The position numbers and the translations under genes are program-made. Source: Schmidtea polychroa (lineage: Eukaryota). From it: a stretch of DNA of 64,000 nt. Position 1 is the first letter of the stretch. Each line of letters starts with the position of its first letter. Below, piece after piece: positions 27,201 to 40,640 of the stretch. The notes beneath the pieces were generated by a model. The model did no database searches. It was given only the letters and a program-made list of their open reading frames with translations, and was not told where the DNA came from. The stretch spans positions 15,192,001 to 15,256,000 of the forward strand of contig CM097885.1 in the NCBI GenBank assembly GCA_044892525.1, written 5' to 3'.

Positions 27201-27397
27201 GCAAAACACATTCCGACACTAGCCAACTTACATTGTTTTCACACTTATGTTGAACTGCATTTTCGGAGAAAAGTTGGGAGCAGTAAATGTCCATAAATCT
27301 AAGTAAAATGGTTTGATTCGATTTTTCTATACCAAAATACAACTTTTTAACCATGTTTCCTTTCTTGAACTCAAAATTTATTAACATTCGACCCACC

Positions 27398-27401
<4 letters not shown>
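24228..27401 (+). mobile_element. Full-length hAT transposon (hATm-type) inserted in a (TA)n tract
   Basis: 15-bp TIR TTAGGGTGGGTCGAA / TTCGACCCACCCTAA, TA repeats on both sides, single long transposase ORF. Confidence 0.9.
24728..26953 (+). CDS. Intact hATm-type DDE transposase (about 741 aa from ATG 24728)
   Basis: FDGKQD, EEHY, CDGTNTNTG, LQWLICLLHANEL (CxxH), SRW and PCHSQAVER; no internal stops. The ORF track starts at a TTG at 24629; an acceptor-like TTTTGCCAG precedes the ATG. Confidence 0.85.
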   Translation: MKGQRNKQFRKTRSKSRHCLFGQTCELPRNQLPTCEDVFRDYCYNEKCTQFHTGFNEQATLLANKVKEIYMKASIPTVEFSSIVVRVKRLISKVRELEKYPECKRSSAKFQDKLSSFSKLFDICCCKCFNDGARGRSQCTCRLALKIPTLEWEFWIDQQTTRNMKIGNTDRQETSKLKRKQTKSSPTGKGKQMKNEIMDTEVNDLHPTSRSDTESEAASDESKDKLDNSTESSESSVEECDEFQNRRHYPELSKAVDRCGVSNRDTCLLVNAFLKDMELLSSQTIIDPAKLRRQRKYWREREIEQHSAEAKNLICLGFDGKQDSTLLHRRILKEEHYVIVAFPGDTYIDHVVPQSSKAVDIGKEIMSIIVSMQSSLTLQAIVCDGTNTNTGKNNGIIRRLEKSLGRPLQWLICLLHANELPFRKYFSVVDGGETKGPKTSCGEIGSVLDFDPKDKPVVAFMSLPGKVVDISENVKKELNTDQLYFLRVCLAVQKGYHNNKDVPFLQMAQPGNLNHSRWLTKANRILRLYMSETAPSEPLMRIVKFIVNFYGPSWFYIKTHSSCQDGARNIFYMLQLLQDLDPSDQEIIFPVIQNNNYFSHPENILLAAVGDDDEEIRKFATEKIITARQNFLPSEVIRTMDKNTVFLQSSATSYVDMIDWTKCNLTPPPLLSHILDHELKMNKKITLEQFPCHSQAVERAIKDVSSASCKVFGHKSRHGMVLLCKKSRKELPKVQSKADFM

Positions 27402-27490
<89 letters not shown>

Positions 27491-27644
27491 CTTATAATTC
27501 TCCAATATAGTCTGGTATGGACCGATACATCCTCTGTCAATATTATTTCCATTTCCATAATCATCAGCAAATTTCCCATTGTTTGAATTTCATTATTGTG
27601 GTCATTTCTTTGGATTTTTTTGTAATTCATTTCATGATCTATAT

Positions 27645-28249
27645 TAGAAGGATTCACCTGAAAAGTTGCGAAAAAAGTTCCAATTTAGATTTAAAGAGCT
27701 TTGTCTTCATGAACAGAGCATACAGCTTTTCCGTAACCCATTTTCTATTGACATTGAAAATGTAGATACAATTTACCAAATGGAACTGGCTGAACTGCAG
27801 AATTGTGACTATCTGAAAGACGTGTTTAGTTCAAGCAGTCTTCCTAATTTCTATGCATCTCTCCCCACCGAGACATATCCCAATCTCTGGAACCATGCAC
27901 TCAAAATGGTAACAATTTTCGACAGCACTTATATCTGTGAACACACTTTTTCTATGATGAAACATTTGAAATCTCCAACCAGATCTAGACTTACTGATAC
28001 ACACCTGCATCACTTGTTACGACTAGCAGTGACAAATATGGAACCGGACATTAACCATCTTATTAGCCAAAAACAGACTCATAGTTCCCATTGAAATATT
28101 TGTAAGTTGGTAGATTTAACTTTACTTGTTCTTCATTTTAATTATTGAATTTGTTCCTACTGTTTTCAAATAAAAATTTTTCAAAACAATTTTTTTAAAC
28201 TTTAGTCTGAAGGACAGTGAACTGACAGTGAAATGTTTGAGGACTCTTG
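27645..28249 (+). mobile_element. 3' end of a Buster/Charlie hAT (OC1/OposCharlie-like)
   Basis: Dimerisation domain STYICEHTFS.MK.LKSPTRSRLTD..L and terminal SQKQTHSSH; degenerate 3' terminus GTCTGAAGGACAGTGAACTG...GTTTGAGGACTCTTG. Confidence 0.8.
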
Positions 28250-28524
28250 ATTTATATTATATTTGAACTTTCTGGTATTCGAATATCCTGTGTTTTTATT
28301 TATTTTTCCGGAATCTGTGGATTGGTCTCATATAATGTGTAATTCCTAATATAGACATGTTATTAAAATTATTCTTCTAGTTGACACGTCTTCCGCATCT
28401 TTTAATCTGTCTTTGTATAAAGCGTTGTTTTAATAGCTCCTTTTCCAACTCGATCATTGCGGTTTCACAATGTAGATTCAGTGCTATTATAATATGCTGT
28501 TTCCAAGTTTGTTATCTTTCTACT

Positions 28525-30782
28525 CAGTGGTGATATTCGAATTTTTTAACAACCGGTACGCATGGAAAAAAATCTATTGTAGGTTATATTTACTTCATAA
28601 TAGTTATTTATTTACATATTTACATAAGAAATACATATATTATATATAATAGTATAAAAAATAGTATATAAAATTAATTAAATAATTTCCAAATTAAATT
28701 TTGGTTTTGGGACGGCAAATTAGGTGCGGCTGCTTTGACACGTTTGTCACTTGCCATATGATGCCCTTCTCGCAACCATAATTTAACATATGGTGTTGCA
28801 TCAAAATCCTCAATCGATTTTCCCATTAAATTTATTGTCATTAAATGACTTGTTGTTTCAATTAACAATGAATTTCTCTTATCATAAATGATATTGTTCA
28901 TTGTGCTGAGTCCTCTTTCAGCTTCTGCGGAATTAACAGCAATTACATTTAAAATTCTTTTTGCTCTCAAAATAGTATTAATATTTTTAGATTCTCTATC
29001 TCGCACATCAACAAAATCTCGAAAATCATTTACTGGAATGATGTATTTGATTATTTTATTTAACTGCTCTAACCTATTTTCACCTTCAATCCATGGTGCT
29101 TCAAAAATATCACCCGGCCATGTTTCTGGATTTAATAAATTAAAGCAATTTAAGAGATTATTATAGTTTTCATTTTTATCGTCTAATAGCAAACGCGTTT
29201 TCATGTTTTTCTAAACAATCAAAAAATTTATCTCTCGAAACAACAATTGATGTTTTTTTTCTATTAATTTCAAATGGAATATTGGATTTTTTCGTTTTAA
29301 TAATATCATCTGCTTCTTTTTCATATGTTCCTTTATTTAATTTTAAATGTTGGAACTGATTTATCGTTCGCCTTATCAATCTATCAGCTCTAATTAATGA
29401 AATATCTCTTTCTTGTAAAGCTGTAGACAGTACAGAAATTTCTTCTAATATGTCGTTTATTAAACCTAAATCCTTTAAAAAGTTTTCATTTTTGAAATAT
29501 GACATTATTCCAATTTCTTTATTTTGACTAAAGTGAATATATAAGGCCTGATATGATTTCCAAACTGCTTTGGCGGTCCTAGCGCTACAGGCTGCCCATC
29601 GAGGACCAAATATTCTACCTATTTTGTGTACTTCAGTGCCAAGTTCTTTAGAAACATTATTTAATTCTCGTTGATGTTTATTTGAAGTATGATAATACGA
29701 ATAAAGTTTATCGAGAAAATATCTAAAGTTATTTACTTCATTTACTTCTTTGATAACATCATCTAGAGTTAACTGAATACGATGAGCTAAACAGTGACAG
29801 ATGCTAATACCTGGAAAATGTTCTAAAATTCTTGCAGAAACTCCAGCCTTTTTTCCTAACATTACACTAGCACCGTCTGAGCAAAATCCAATAAGATTTT
29901 CATGTAAATATTTTTCATTAAAACCATGTTTTTCAAGAACTGATATTAAGGTTTTAAAAATTATTTCTGATGTTGTTCCTTCTAATTCGACAAGATCAAT
30001 AAAAACTGTTACACTATCATCGGAATCTTGAATTTCAGATTTCAAATAAACTACTAAAACGCTTTTGTGTGAAACAGTTGAGGCTTCATCAATAATAATT
30101 GAAATTTTACAACCTGTATTTATCAGTTTTCCAAAAAAAATTCTTCTTATTTCTGTAGATATAAGCTTTGCGACAAGTGGAACTATAAATCTGGAATGTA
30201 ATGAAAATCCAAAATCTACATTATTTTTTTTCTGTAAATCAATTAATTTTTTAAAATCACTGAATGGGTAATTGTTTTTAATTATGAAATAGATAGTATT
30301 AAAAATGTTTACTGTGCTGTTTAAATACTTTTCATTAGCCACATCGAAAGATTTGGAAATTATATTTGTTTCACCAATTTTTATTATTTCCCCAGATTTT
30401 TTATGTGAAGCTGATTTATTGTGTTCCTTCAATTTTTTTCTCATTGATGATTGTAAATTTTCTTTGTTCGAGCCATGAGCTTTGACAGAACATGATTTCC
30501 ACTCCACAGAAATGTGTAAATGTTTAGCAGTTTCTAAATTTAACGATTCTACTTTCGAACACCACTGACATCCCACATTTTCATCGCTAACAACAATAAG
30601 CCACTCGTATTTAGTTTTAAAATAATTTAATTGTTTATCATTCCAAAAATGTAATAACGCAGCATCACGAGACGTTCCAGCTTTTTCCGATTGGTGTTGA
30701 ACTTCAGAAGTATCATTTTTTTCTTTTACCTGTTTTGTTTGATTAGAATTAGTAATATTCTCAGCTTGCTGTTTAGGGTATT
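28525..30782 (-). mobile_element. hAT transposon (ZNF862/KIAA1586-like transposase), one frameshift near 29190, 5' part cut by element C
   Basis: IIDEAST, CSDGASVMLG, HCLAHRIQL, PRW and NSAEAERG; probable terminus CAGTGGTGATATTCG at 28525. Confidence 0.85.
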
Positions 30783-31785
30783 AGTAGTATGATATGTCAC
30801 CGCCAGGCCATGTCACCGCCAGGCCATGTCACCGCCCGGCCACATATACCCCCTCCCCCCCGGGAAAATTTTTTTTTTAAATAAAAGGTCAAGGTCAAGG
30901 TCATTTATTTTTTTTTATTTAATTTTTTGTTTTAATTAAGTGGTCTGGCGGGCTCCTACTTTTTTTCATCCCAAAAATTAATGTTCCCGCCAACGGATTT
31001 TATTGGACGATACCTCATCTTAAAGCTCAGTCCAAGACCTTTCGAATGAGCTATAGGTATCTTATATATCTTTAATAGTTTTAATGTTATTAACATTTGA
31101 TGACCACCATCTTTTCAAAGTTAAATTATTATTATTTTCCAAAATATTGTTATGTGGCCTGGCGGGCTCCTACTATTTTCCATCCCAAAAATTAATGTTT
31201 CCGCCAACAGATTTTATTGGACGATAGCTCATCTTAAAGCCCAATGCAAGACCTTTCGAATGAGCCATAGAAGGTATCATCATCATTAATATTGCCAAAG
31301 TTATTAACATTTTACCAAAAATCATTTTCAAGGTCATATAATTATTAGTGGTCCAGCGGTGACCTGGTTTTCGTTTGCCCCAAAGTTATCGTTCCCATTA
31401 TCCGAATTTATTAATCGATAGCTTATTTTGAAGCTTAGTGCAAGATCTAACTATTGATATATAAATATTATTAATATAATTATTATTGGCAAAATTATTA
31501 ACGTTTTCCCGAGACCATTTTCAAGGTCATTTATTTTTCAAAATATTATTATTTCCAAGGTCATTTATTTTTTCAAGGTCATTCCCAAGGTCATTTATTT
31601 TCAAGGTCATTTATTTTTTCAAGGTCGCGTGACTCATAAAGGTCATTTTTTTTTCAAGGTCATTTTTTAATTTAATTTTTTGTTTTAATTAAGTGATCAT
31701 TAAATTTTTCAATGTCATTTATTTTTTCAAAATATTATTTTTTCAAAATATTATTTTTTCAAGGTCATTTATTATTATTATTATA

Positions 31786-31879
<94 letters not shown>

Positions 31880-34800
31880 CTCTTAGTCTATCCGACAAAA
31901 TATTCTGTCCCACTATGGGTATTGCTCACAAGGGCACTACTCACATGGGTAATTGTCACAAGGGTACTACTCACTTTCAACATTTCGTAAATTATTTTCA
32001 AATACAAGTTCAAAGTATTATTATTTATTTTAACACGCACGGGAGTTATTATTATTATTATCATATATAGTCAGAGTTTATCCGACAAGATATTCTGCCC
32101 CCCTATGTGTACTGCTTACATAGGTAATGGTTACAAGGGTACTTCTCACATTCAAAATGTCTCATAGGGCATATTATAATTACTATTAAAATTATTATTA
32201 AATTCCGACCAACTTAAATCAATGAAGGGGTAGAACAAAATATATTACGTTGCGGTATTTTAAAATTTAAATATATTTTAAAAACGTATTTTGACACTAA
32301 AGTTTACTTAATTAACAAAGACATAATTATTGCACATGCTTTGCATAAATATTATTATTATTTTTTGCATTTTTAATATTTTCATTCAAACTATTATTTC
32401 AAAGTAACACGCGCGGGTGTTATTATTATTATTATTATTATTATTGCAAATATTTCAAAGTAACACGCGCGGGTATTATTATTATTATATGTTTGCAGTA
32501 TTCTGTATTTGCCTTTACATGAAATTTTCAATAAGGAGCGATAATTTTACACATACATTCTATATACACATACCTTGTTTAACATGGGTGTATATACTTC
32601 TAGTCTATCCGACAAGATATTCTGTCCCCCTATGGGTATTGCTAGCAAGGGTACTACTCACATTCAACATGTCGCAAGGGTATATTAATTAGGGTTAGTT
32701 AATAAAACTTATGACACATACTATTTTTAATAATTCTTTAAACTATAAAAATCAAGACAAGAGAGGACAAGGCAAAGTTTATGCATTTATTATTGCCAGG
32801 CCTAATGAGCAGTGACCAAATATCTGTGCCTGAAAGACACGGTGGATATTTGTTCGCGTCCACAAGGGTCGTCTGTGCCTCCCCCAAGTGGGGTCAAAAG
32901 AACCTGGTCAATATAGCTTTCCGTACGGAACATTACGCCTAGCATGGGTAGTCAACTACCAGCACATTCGAAACGTATAATTTCAAAATACATGCGTCAT
33001 TGGCAATATAACCAAATTAATTAATGTTTTCACTAACACAAATATATATTTACAGAGGCCTCCCACTAGTTGGATTACAACCGCCCACCACGACGATCAG
33101 CTTGTAAATATATATTAATTAAGGGATAAAGAGGACCCACCCAACCCTATTATATTTAATTTACAAATTTTTCTCGCTCTTCTGCTGGTAATCTATCTCA
33201 AAATTATCATCTCCATCGGGCCATTTGGAATACATCTTGCAAATTGGATGTATTTCTTAGTTTCTGATGCGGCGTCAACTATCATTGCTAAAATTTATAT
33301 TGATTTAAAAGCAATTAACTTACATTATCTAACATTTTATCATCACAGGCTTGATAAATTAGGCAACTGTTATTTGTGGTATACTTATCAATGTCATTTC
33401 CCACCATAAAACACAGATACCTAAATATAATATATATATTTTAAAGAATTAATTCATGTCTTACATTAATAATAATATTCTTCAGGTATGACGAGTACTT
33501 TACTTAATTGATAAAACATCGGTTTTTCCCATTTTTCTTGACATTCGTTGAAAGTTTACATAATTTAAGTCTGATAATTCATGTTGAAGGACACCCACAA
33601 TCAGCTAATTCATTTAAAAAATCCCGAACATAGCAATGTTTCACCATTTTGTCTGGTTCATTTTCTTCTATAATTCATGTTTTAATAAGAAATTTCTAAA
33701 TCCAGAACATAAGTCATTTAGTGTTTCACCATTTTGTTCATCTTCTTCATAATCATATAATTCATTTTCTTCATTACTAAGTAAAATAATTAAAATATTG
33801 TAGTAAATTATTTATTTACTTACTTTATGGATACTAAAACGAAAGAAATAAAGTTATTTGAAAAGTATATTTAAATAAATTAAATTTAAATAATTTAAAT
33901 TTAGTTATTTAAAAATATTTAAACAATTTAGTTATTTAAGCATATTTAAACATTAACATTATTATATAGTATAATTTTATATAATATTATAATTTTATGT
34001 ACACTTATATATCCTTCATTTAATTTTTTAAATTCAAAAATTTATAATGAAGATTCTTTGAATTAAAAAATATTCTGTTAGTATTTCCAGGCAGAAAACA
34101 ACGAATTCAATAATTAAAATCTTAATTTTCATGTTGTTAGGGTTGTGGTCAGAAGTTAATCGCCATCTATTCGTTTGTTCTCAATTTCGCTCATTTTTGT
34201 TCAAAACATTCAGGTGAGTTGTTATCTGGAAAGTTTCTTTTAGCTCAGCTTTGTTAAAACACTCACGGTATTCTTGAAAGATGTGACACTGGAAATAAAT
34301 TAACAATGGGTGGTCATCCATACATGTTGGTGGTCTGAGCGGTCGATTTATTTAGAAATAGGTATAGTAAAAACATTTACGGTATCATTCAGTAAAATAA
34401 TATAGTATTTTTGAGTATGTTTTAGTTAATTTATAAATAACAGTATTTTGATATATCAATAAAGACCATATACTCCGAGTTTATCCGGCAAGATATTCTG
34501 TCCCCCTTTGGGTAATGGTAGCAAGGGTACTGGTCACACTCAACATGTCGCAATATTAATCATTTAGAAATTCTTAGGTAAGATAATCAGAAATTTGTGA
34601 ATATTTTAAATGTAACTTTACACTTATGTCGAGCGACTAATTTATTGGTTAACTTTTTAGACATTTAAAGCAAAAGGTAATTTATTCATCTAATGTTCGT
34701 TACAATAGTTAATAATATGAGAAAAACATGGTCTTTATTCATTGATAATTTTAAATTCTTTATCATTTGGAGTAAATTTGTTTGAGGCAAAAATAATTAA

Positions 34801-36400
34801 AGGAGTCATAATAGAAATATGGTTATCATTTAACCAAATAAGGTGCTTATTAGTTAAAAATATATATTTATATAGGGTTACAATTCTTTTCTAATTTAAT
34901 TAGATGATCATTAGACGTAATATATCTTTGCGAGAAATTTAAGATGTTTGAGTAACCAAAACATGGATATTTTGTGCGATAAATTTATGAATATTGGTTA
35001 ATTTTGTTATTTTTAGTCATTTAAAATAATATTTAGCAAAGGTAATTTAGCAAAATATCATTGAAAGATTTATCCATCCGATAATAATATTCCTTCAATA
35101 GATTTTACCTTTAATATTCAACCGATTTAATTTCTAGAAATCTAATTAAAATCATAAAATTCCTTCAATAAAGATCAATTTTCTTTAGCCGTTGTCGATT
35201 TCCAACTTTTAAGTCAATATTTCTCAAGTTTTGTCACTGATGTCCCCACAATGAATAAAATAACTTCTTAAGTAAATAATTTAAAGCAATAACCTTTGAT
35301 ATCAATCCCAATTAATTCTAAAGATTTCAAATATTTCATTGTGAAAACCAAGTAAATTGATCATTAACCCTAAACGACTTAATAAAACAGTGGATAATTA
35401 ATAAAAAAAAAACTGGTTCTAAAACATAAATCTAAATTACTGTGCAATAACATTCATCACAACCTAATAAACCTCTAAAACGATATAATTTCACAGGAAC
35501 TATTATTAATTCATAGCTAAATACTGACTATTTCCCTTTAAAATTTACCAATAAGAACATTGTCAATTTAAATAGAGATTTCAAACATTTCCACCAAATA
35601 TTTCTATCATTTTAAACACCTTAAAAAACATCTATTACCATCTTAACCAACCGACTTTAATATATCAGACCTTTAATATATCAATTCTCTTAAAATCCAT
35701 AGAAAATTCTTCAAAATATGAATTTTATTTATTTGTTACAGACATCCTTCCATTGAAATAATTTAGTATCTAAATTCATGTAGTAAGAGCCCATTAAAAA
35801 AATCAAAATTTACTAAAATCAATATTTTCTACAAATATTTCACCACATTTACCATCAAATACCTAACTAGAAATGAAATATATCGATTGATCATAATTCT
35901 TCATCGATTCAGCTAATTATATAGCAATTATAACGTGATATATCTTTCAAAATCACAAATTTCAGTATATTTTACAATAATTTTTACAAAAATTAAATAA
36001 TAATAACTTGATTATTGTAAAAACTCTAATTATTAACCTAACTGTCATTAAAAATATTATTATTTAAAAGTAAATTTAAAAACAAGTCAATAAAATATAG
36101 CAAATTATCAAGAAATTAATTAAATTTGTCTTAGAATTAACACTAAAACGTTAAATTTCAAAATATTCTTTCAATTATTCACAAAAAGGTTAGTAATAAT
36201 GTTAGTAAAATCCCGCTAACTCTAAAAATTACCAACGAATTTAATGCTAAATAATAACCAAAAATTTGCCTAAATAAAACACACCAGTACCTTTACGACC
36301 AGTACCCTTACGAGCAGTACCAATTGTGAACAGTACCCATAGAGGGAGAAAATATCTTGTCGGATAAACTCAGAGTATATATAATAAAACGAATTAACAA
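30783..36400. mobile_element. Polinton element C: one terminus plus non-coding arm, second end not found
   Basis: Starts AGTAGTATGATATGTCACCGCCAGGCC with the same poly-C, CAAGGTCA and ~190-bp subterminal units as element B. About 32490-35625 is an inverted near-copy of about 55613-58770. The right boundary is approximate. Confidence 0.8.
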
Positions 36401-36939
36401 TAACTCCATCAAATTGAATCAGTCAAATTAACACAAATTTTGATAAAAAATCTTATTCTAAAATGGTAAGAAGCGTAAAGTCGAAAGATAATTTTAATAA
36501 CACCGAGATAAATTAACAATATTATTCTCAGGTGGTAAGAATCTTCATTAAAGTTAGGAAATTATTTATTATTCTGTGATAAATTAATAATAAACTTCAA
36601 AGGGGTTAAAATAAGTGTTAGAATAATTCATTATTGGATTAGGGAAGGTAAAATATTTTTGAAGTTATTATTTCTTTAGATTTTTAGATATTTTTCTGGG
36701 AAAAAATTCGAAAATCGTAAATTTTTATAACTTGTATAAAAAAATAATAATTTCATAGAATTACATAAAATGACAAAATTCGCCATATAAATGAGCTGGA
36801 TAAAGAACATTACAAAAACCTAAAAAACTACTCCGCTTCTTTCTTAAATGTCTTAAAAAAATAAATGTTTTTCGTGATTTCTTTATTTATTCATAGTTAA
36901 AAATATTAATCTAACTTACATTTTATATATTCCGAATGC

Positions 36940-37078
<139 letters not shown>

Positions 37079-38149
37079 CTCCCATGGATTCATCCTGCGT
37101 ACGCGCCTGCATGAATGTCCGAGTCCTCCATTATATCATTGTTTACTGTTTTTCTCATGTGTTGTAGACGAACATGTTTTACACGTGGCTAACTGGAATT
37201 ATAAAACTTTCTTCCACTTTATTGTTTTTTTATTTTTTTATAACAAGCAATATTAAGTATAATAATTTAATAAAATAAATAAGTTTGAAGAAACTGTTAA
37301 GAAAAACTGAAATGCTGAAATCAATGATGGAAATAACTTACCGAAAATTATAAAAGTAGTCACGAAGGGTATTGTGAAGGAATTGTAGAAGTCTGTGAAA
37401 ATACGTAGTGAATAATATCTATGAACATTGTTAAATTTATCATATGGTTTTTGAATTGTAGTTAATACATTTATTAAGAATATTACAATTCTAAGTGATT
37501 ATTTTCCCGGGTTATGAAATTTCATTTCAACAAATGACTAGTTTGAGGGGAAATTAATAAATAGTAGAATATGATTAATTGAATATTTTCCAAAGTCTGT
37601 AAGAATAATTTGAGATGTGGAATAGTAGTTATCAGGGACAGTGGCGCACCTAGTGTCTTCAGTGCCAAGGGCAAAGTAAAAATTTTCGCCTCTTTAATTG
37701 CAATTTTTTATATTTTTTACATGCAAATAATCAAAAGATCAAACTAAATTTTATGACTCTGTTTTAAAATTTATATTGAATTGAAAAAATTCAATAAATT
37801 TTACCAATAAATCCATAAAAATCTCTCCATTGTCTTTTTCTGTCAATATTTCTGCTTCAATACAATATCGATTCCAAGACTGTCCGTCAATCTTCGTTCA
37901 GTTTCTTTTCATACCGTAAAATTTTGACGATGACCAAAACCATTTATATAATCATTCACTCTTTCAGAATGCTTGAAATTTCATAATCCAACTGGTAATA
38001 AAAATGCAGTCTTACAACTTTATAAGCAAAAAAAGCAGAAAAGTGTCCCTTTATGTGGCGAAATAAATCAACAAAGATCGATTTATGTTAACACCATTTC
38101 CAAAAATTAACGAAAATTAATTAACGACGCAAATCGATGTTTAGGTATA

Positions 38150-38190
<41 letters not shown>

Positions 38191-38465
38191 CATAAGTTTC
38201 CATAATCACTAATAAATTGAATTGGATTACGCAATCATTGACATTCGGATATTGACCTTTGATGCAATATCATAACTAATATAGTAACCTTTAACGGAAA
38301 ATTTCAAAATTGTAATTTATTTAATCGATCACGTTAAGGATAATGAGTGCTCAAAGAATTGTGATTTTGTATTGGTGTAATTTCGCACACTAAATAGGAT
38401 GCCTTAAATAAAAAGGAATTTAGCAGGTTTTCTCTTAATTAACTTTAAACCCGTAACAATATTAA

Positions 38466-38685
38466 CCCCTTAAATGTGGAATTTTTTTTCAAAATGTTTG
38501 CATAAAGTAGAGTTATTTTGTGAAAAAAACAACAAAATGAAAAATTTTAATTTTGTTTGTTTTTTGAAAAACCACAATTTTGAAACTATGTGAGTAACAT
38601 AAAGAGTAACATCAAAATATTACGTTCCGCACATCCTGTGAAAAAACAGCCAAAACGTAATATTACGTGCCGCACAAGAAAGGGG
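38466..38685. mobile_element. Non-autonomous piggyBac-type MITE
   Basis: TTAA|CCCCTT ... AAGGGG|TTAA ends; internal TATTACGT(T/G)CCGCACA repeats. Confidence 0.65.
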
Positions 38686-39322
38686 TTAAGTTTAACAGTC
38701 GTGGTAATGGAAATTACCCTTTATTAAGTTGTCAACTTGATATCACTTAGGTAAATAAAGTTTTGTGATTTCAGGGTAGCTAAGAAACCGAATAACAACA
38801 ATATCTTGAACTAGAAAATAAAATTTTCTTGAATCCTTTAGTTCACATACGTGAGAGTATGCTTTCTACTGGCAACAATGAAGCCGACTCTAAAAACTAT
38901 CAAGCCTTAATATTTACTAACATTCATCTTTTTTTGTCTGACTGTACACTAAAAAAATCCACTAGAGATGGGTTTAAAGTAACAAAAACTTAAATTTAAT
39001 TTATGTCAACATGCAAATATTATTATGTTATATATAAATACTCAATGTTATAATTTCTAAAGCATTGTAGGAGTAATGTGAAAGATAAAATGTTAAAATC
39101 TCTCCACTTATTACTGCCATATTTATCAGGAATTATTATATGGACCATAAAAAGTTGCTGGTTTAAGGTAGAATCGCTCACATAAAAGTAGGCAAAAAAA
39201 TGGTCATGTCTGAGTTTAAGGGCCTAGAGTAAGTAGCTCATTGCCATCCTACATATCTATTTAAGAGTTAATAATGATTGGTTTAAATTAATATCAAATA
39301 TATTAATATTCATGAAGTAATT

Positions 39323-39680
39323 GTGAATAATATGCTGTGTGATTTGGTTAAAAATAATCATATTGATGAAGAGGTAGCAAAATTAATTCACACAAAACGT
39401 TCACAGCCAGCTAAATTATACGGACTTCGAAAAGTTCATAAAGACAGAGTTCTCACGAGACCTGTTTTATCTATAATCGGAACAACTAAATATAAAATAG
39501 CGAAGTATTTGGGTGGATTAATAAAACTCTTAATTTGAATTTAGGGAGTTTTGAATTTGCATCATGTATAAGACAATTGAGTAAAAATAATGTTATTGAG
39601 TATATGGTTTCGTTTGATGTATGTAGTTTATTTACTAATGTTCCGTTAAAAGAAACAATCGATATATGTTTTAATATCAA
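39323..39680 (+). mobile_element. Penelope-like element reverse transcriptase fragment
   Basis: PAKLYGLRKVHK...RPVLSIIGTTKYKIAKYL and MVSFDVCSLFTNVPLKETI. Confidence 0.85.
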
Positions 39681-40089
39681 ATAGTTTTATAATTCATCTT
39701 GTTACCATTTAAATAGGAATAATAACCTAAATAAATAAATATTAATTATTTATTGAGCACTACCATTTGACTAAGTTTCAAGAAGCACCAATGTTAATCC
39801 AAAAATTGAGTAAAATATCTTTCAAATATATTTTATAAATAAAACTTTAAATGAGCCGCAAAAATATTATAATTGAATCACATGCAGTTCGTAGGCCACG
39901 TGTTGAGTATACTGGCTTAACAAGTTTAATGATTGTGTGAAATTTAAAATTATTATAATTACACATTTCAATAATTTTCAATTAAATGAATTAAATTTAT
40001 AAAGATTTGTATTATATTTAAAGTTGTTAATAAATTTCAGATATTTACAGTTATGAGATTGTTTAAATATTAGTAACAAAGATAAAAAT

Positions 40090-40640
40090 ATGAGAATATT
40101 TCAATATTTAATATGTATTTTATTTTTATTTAAAAACTGTATATGCATTGCTGAACCAATTACGTTAGGCATAGCTAGTATCGTAGTCGGATTTTCTTCA
40201 ATTTATTACTATCAACGAAAAATATCTTGCGCCTTTTCTGAATGTTGTGATCCTCATTCGAAATGGTTACCAATGAACATAACAAGTAATTATTTATAAT
40301 AAATTGCCAGGTTTATTTATATTTTAATAAAGAATTAAAAGATGATATGAAAACTCATTTACATGGTCAACCTTTGGTTGAATCGGTTTTATCAAAGCAT
40401 ATTAAAGTAAATTAGTATATTGAAAGCAAATTTATTTATTAAATTTAGGCCCATATCTTTAACGATAAACCTTCTAAAGCCCTTCTTCTCTCCTTAAATG
40501 GAATGCCTGGAACTGGGAAAAATTTTGTCTCCTCCATGATTGCCAATGCAATATTTAAAAAAGGCATGAAAAGCAAATTTGTTAAATTATTTTTAACTTC
40601 AGTCCATTTTCCAATTGCAAAGAATGTGGAGGAATATAAA
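40090..40640 (+). CDS. Torsin-family AAA+ ATPase, exons 1-3 (40090-40285, 40333-40406, 40449-40640); remaining exons not found in window
   Basis: Signal peptide, ECC, N-I-T, LHGQPL, LLLSLNGMPGTGKNFVS (torsin Walker A GKN), KGMKSKFV and HFP...EEYK; GT-AG introns of 47 and 42 nt join in frame; donor GTATGT at 40641. Confidence 0.9.
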
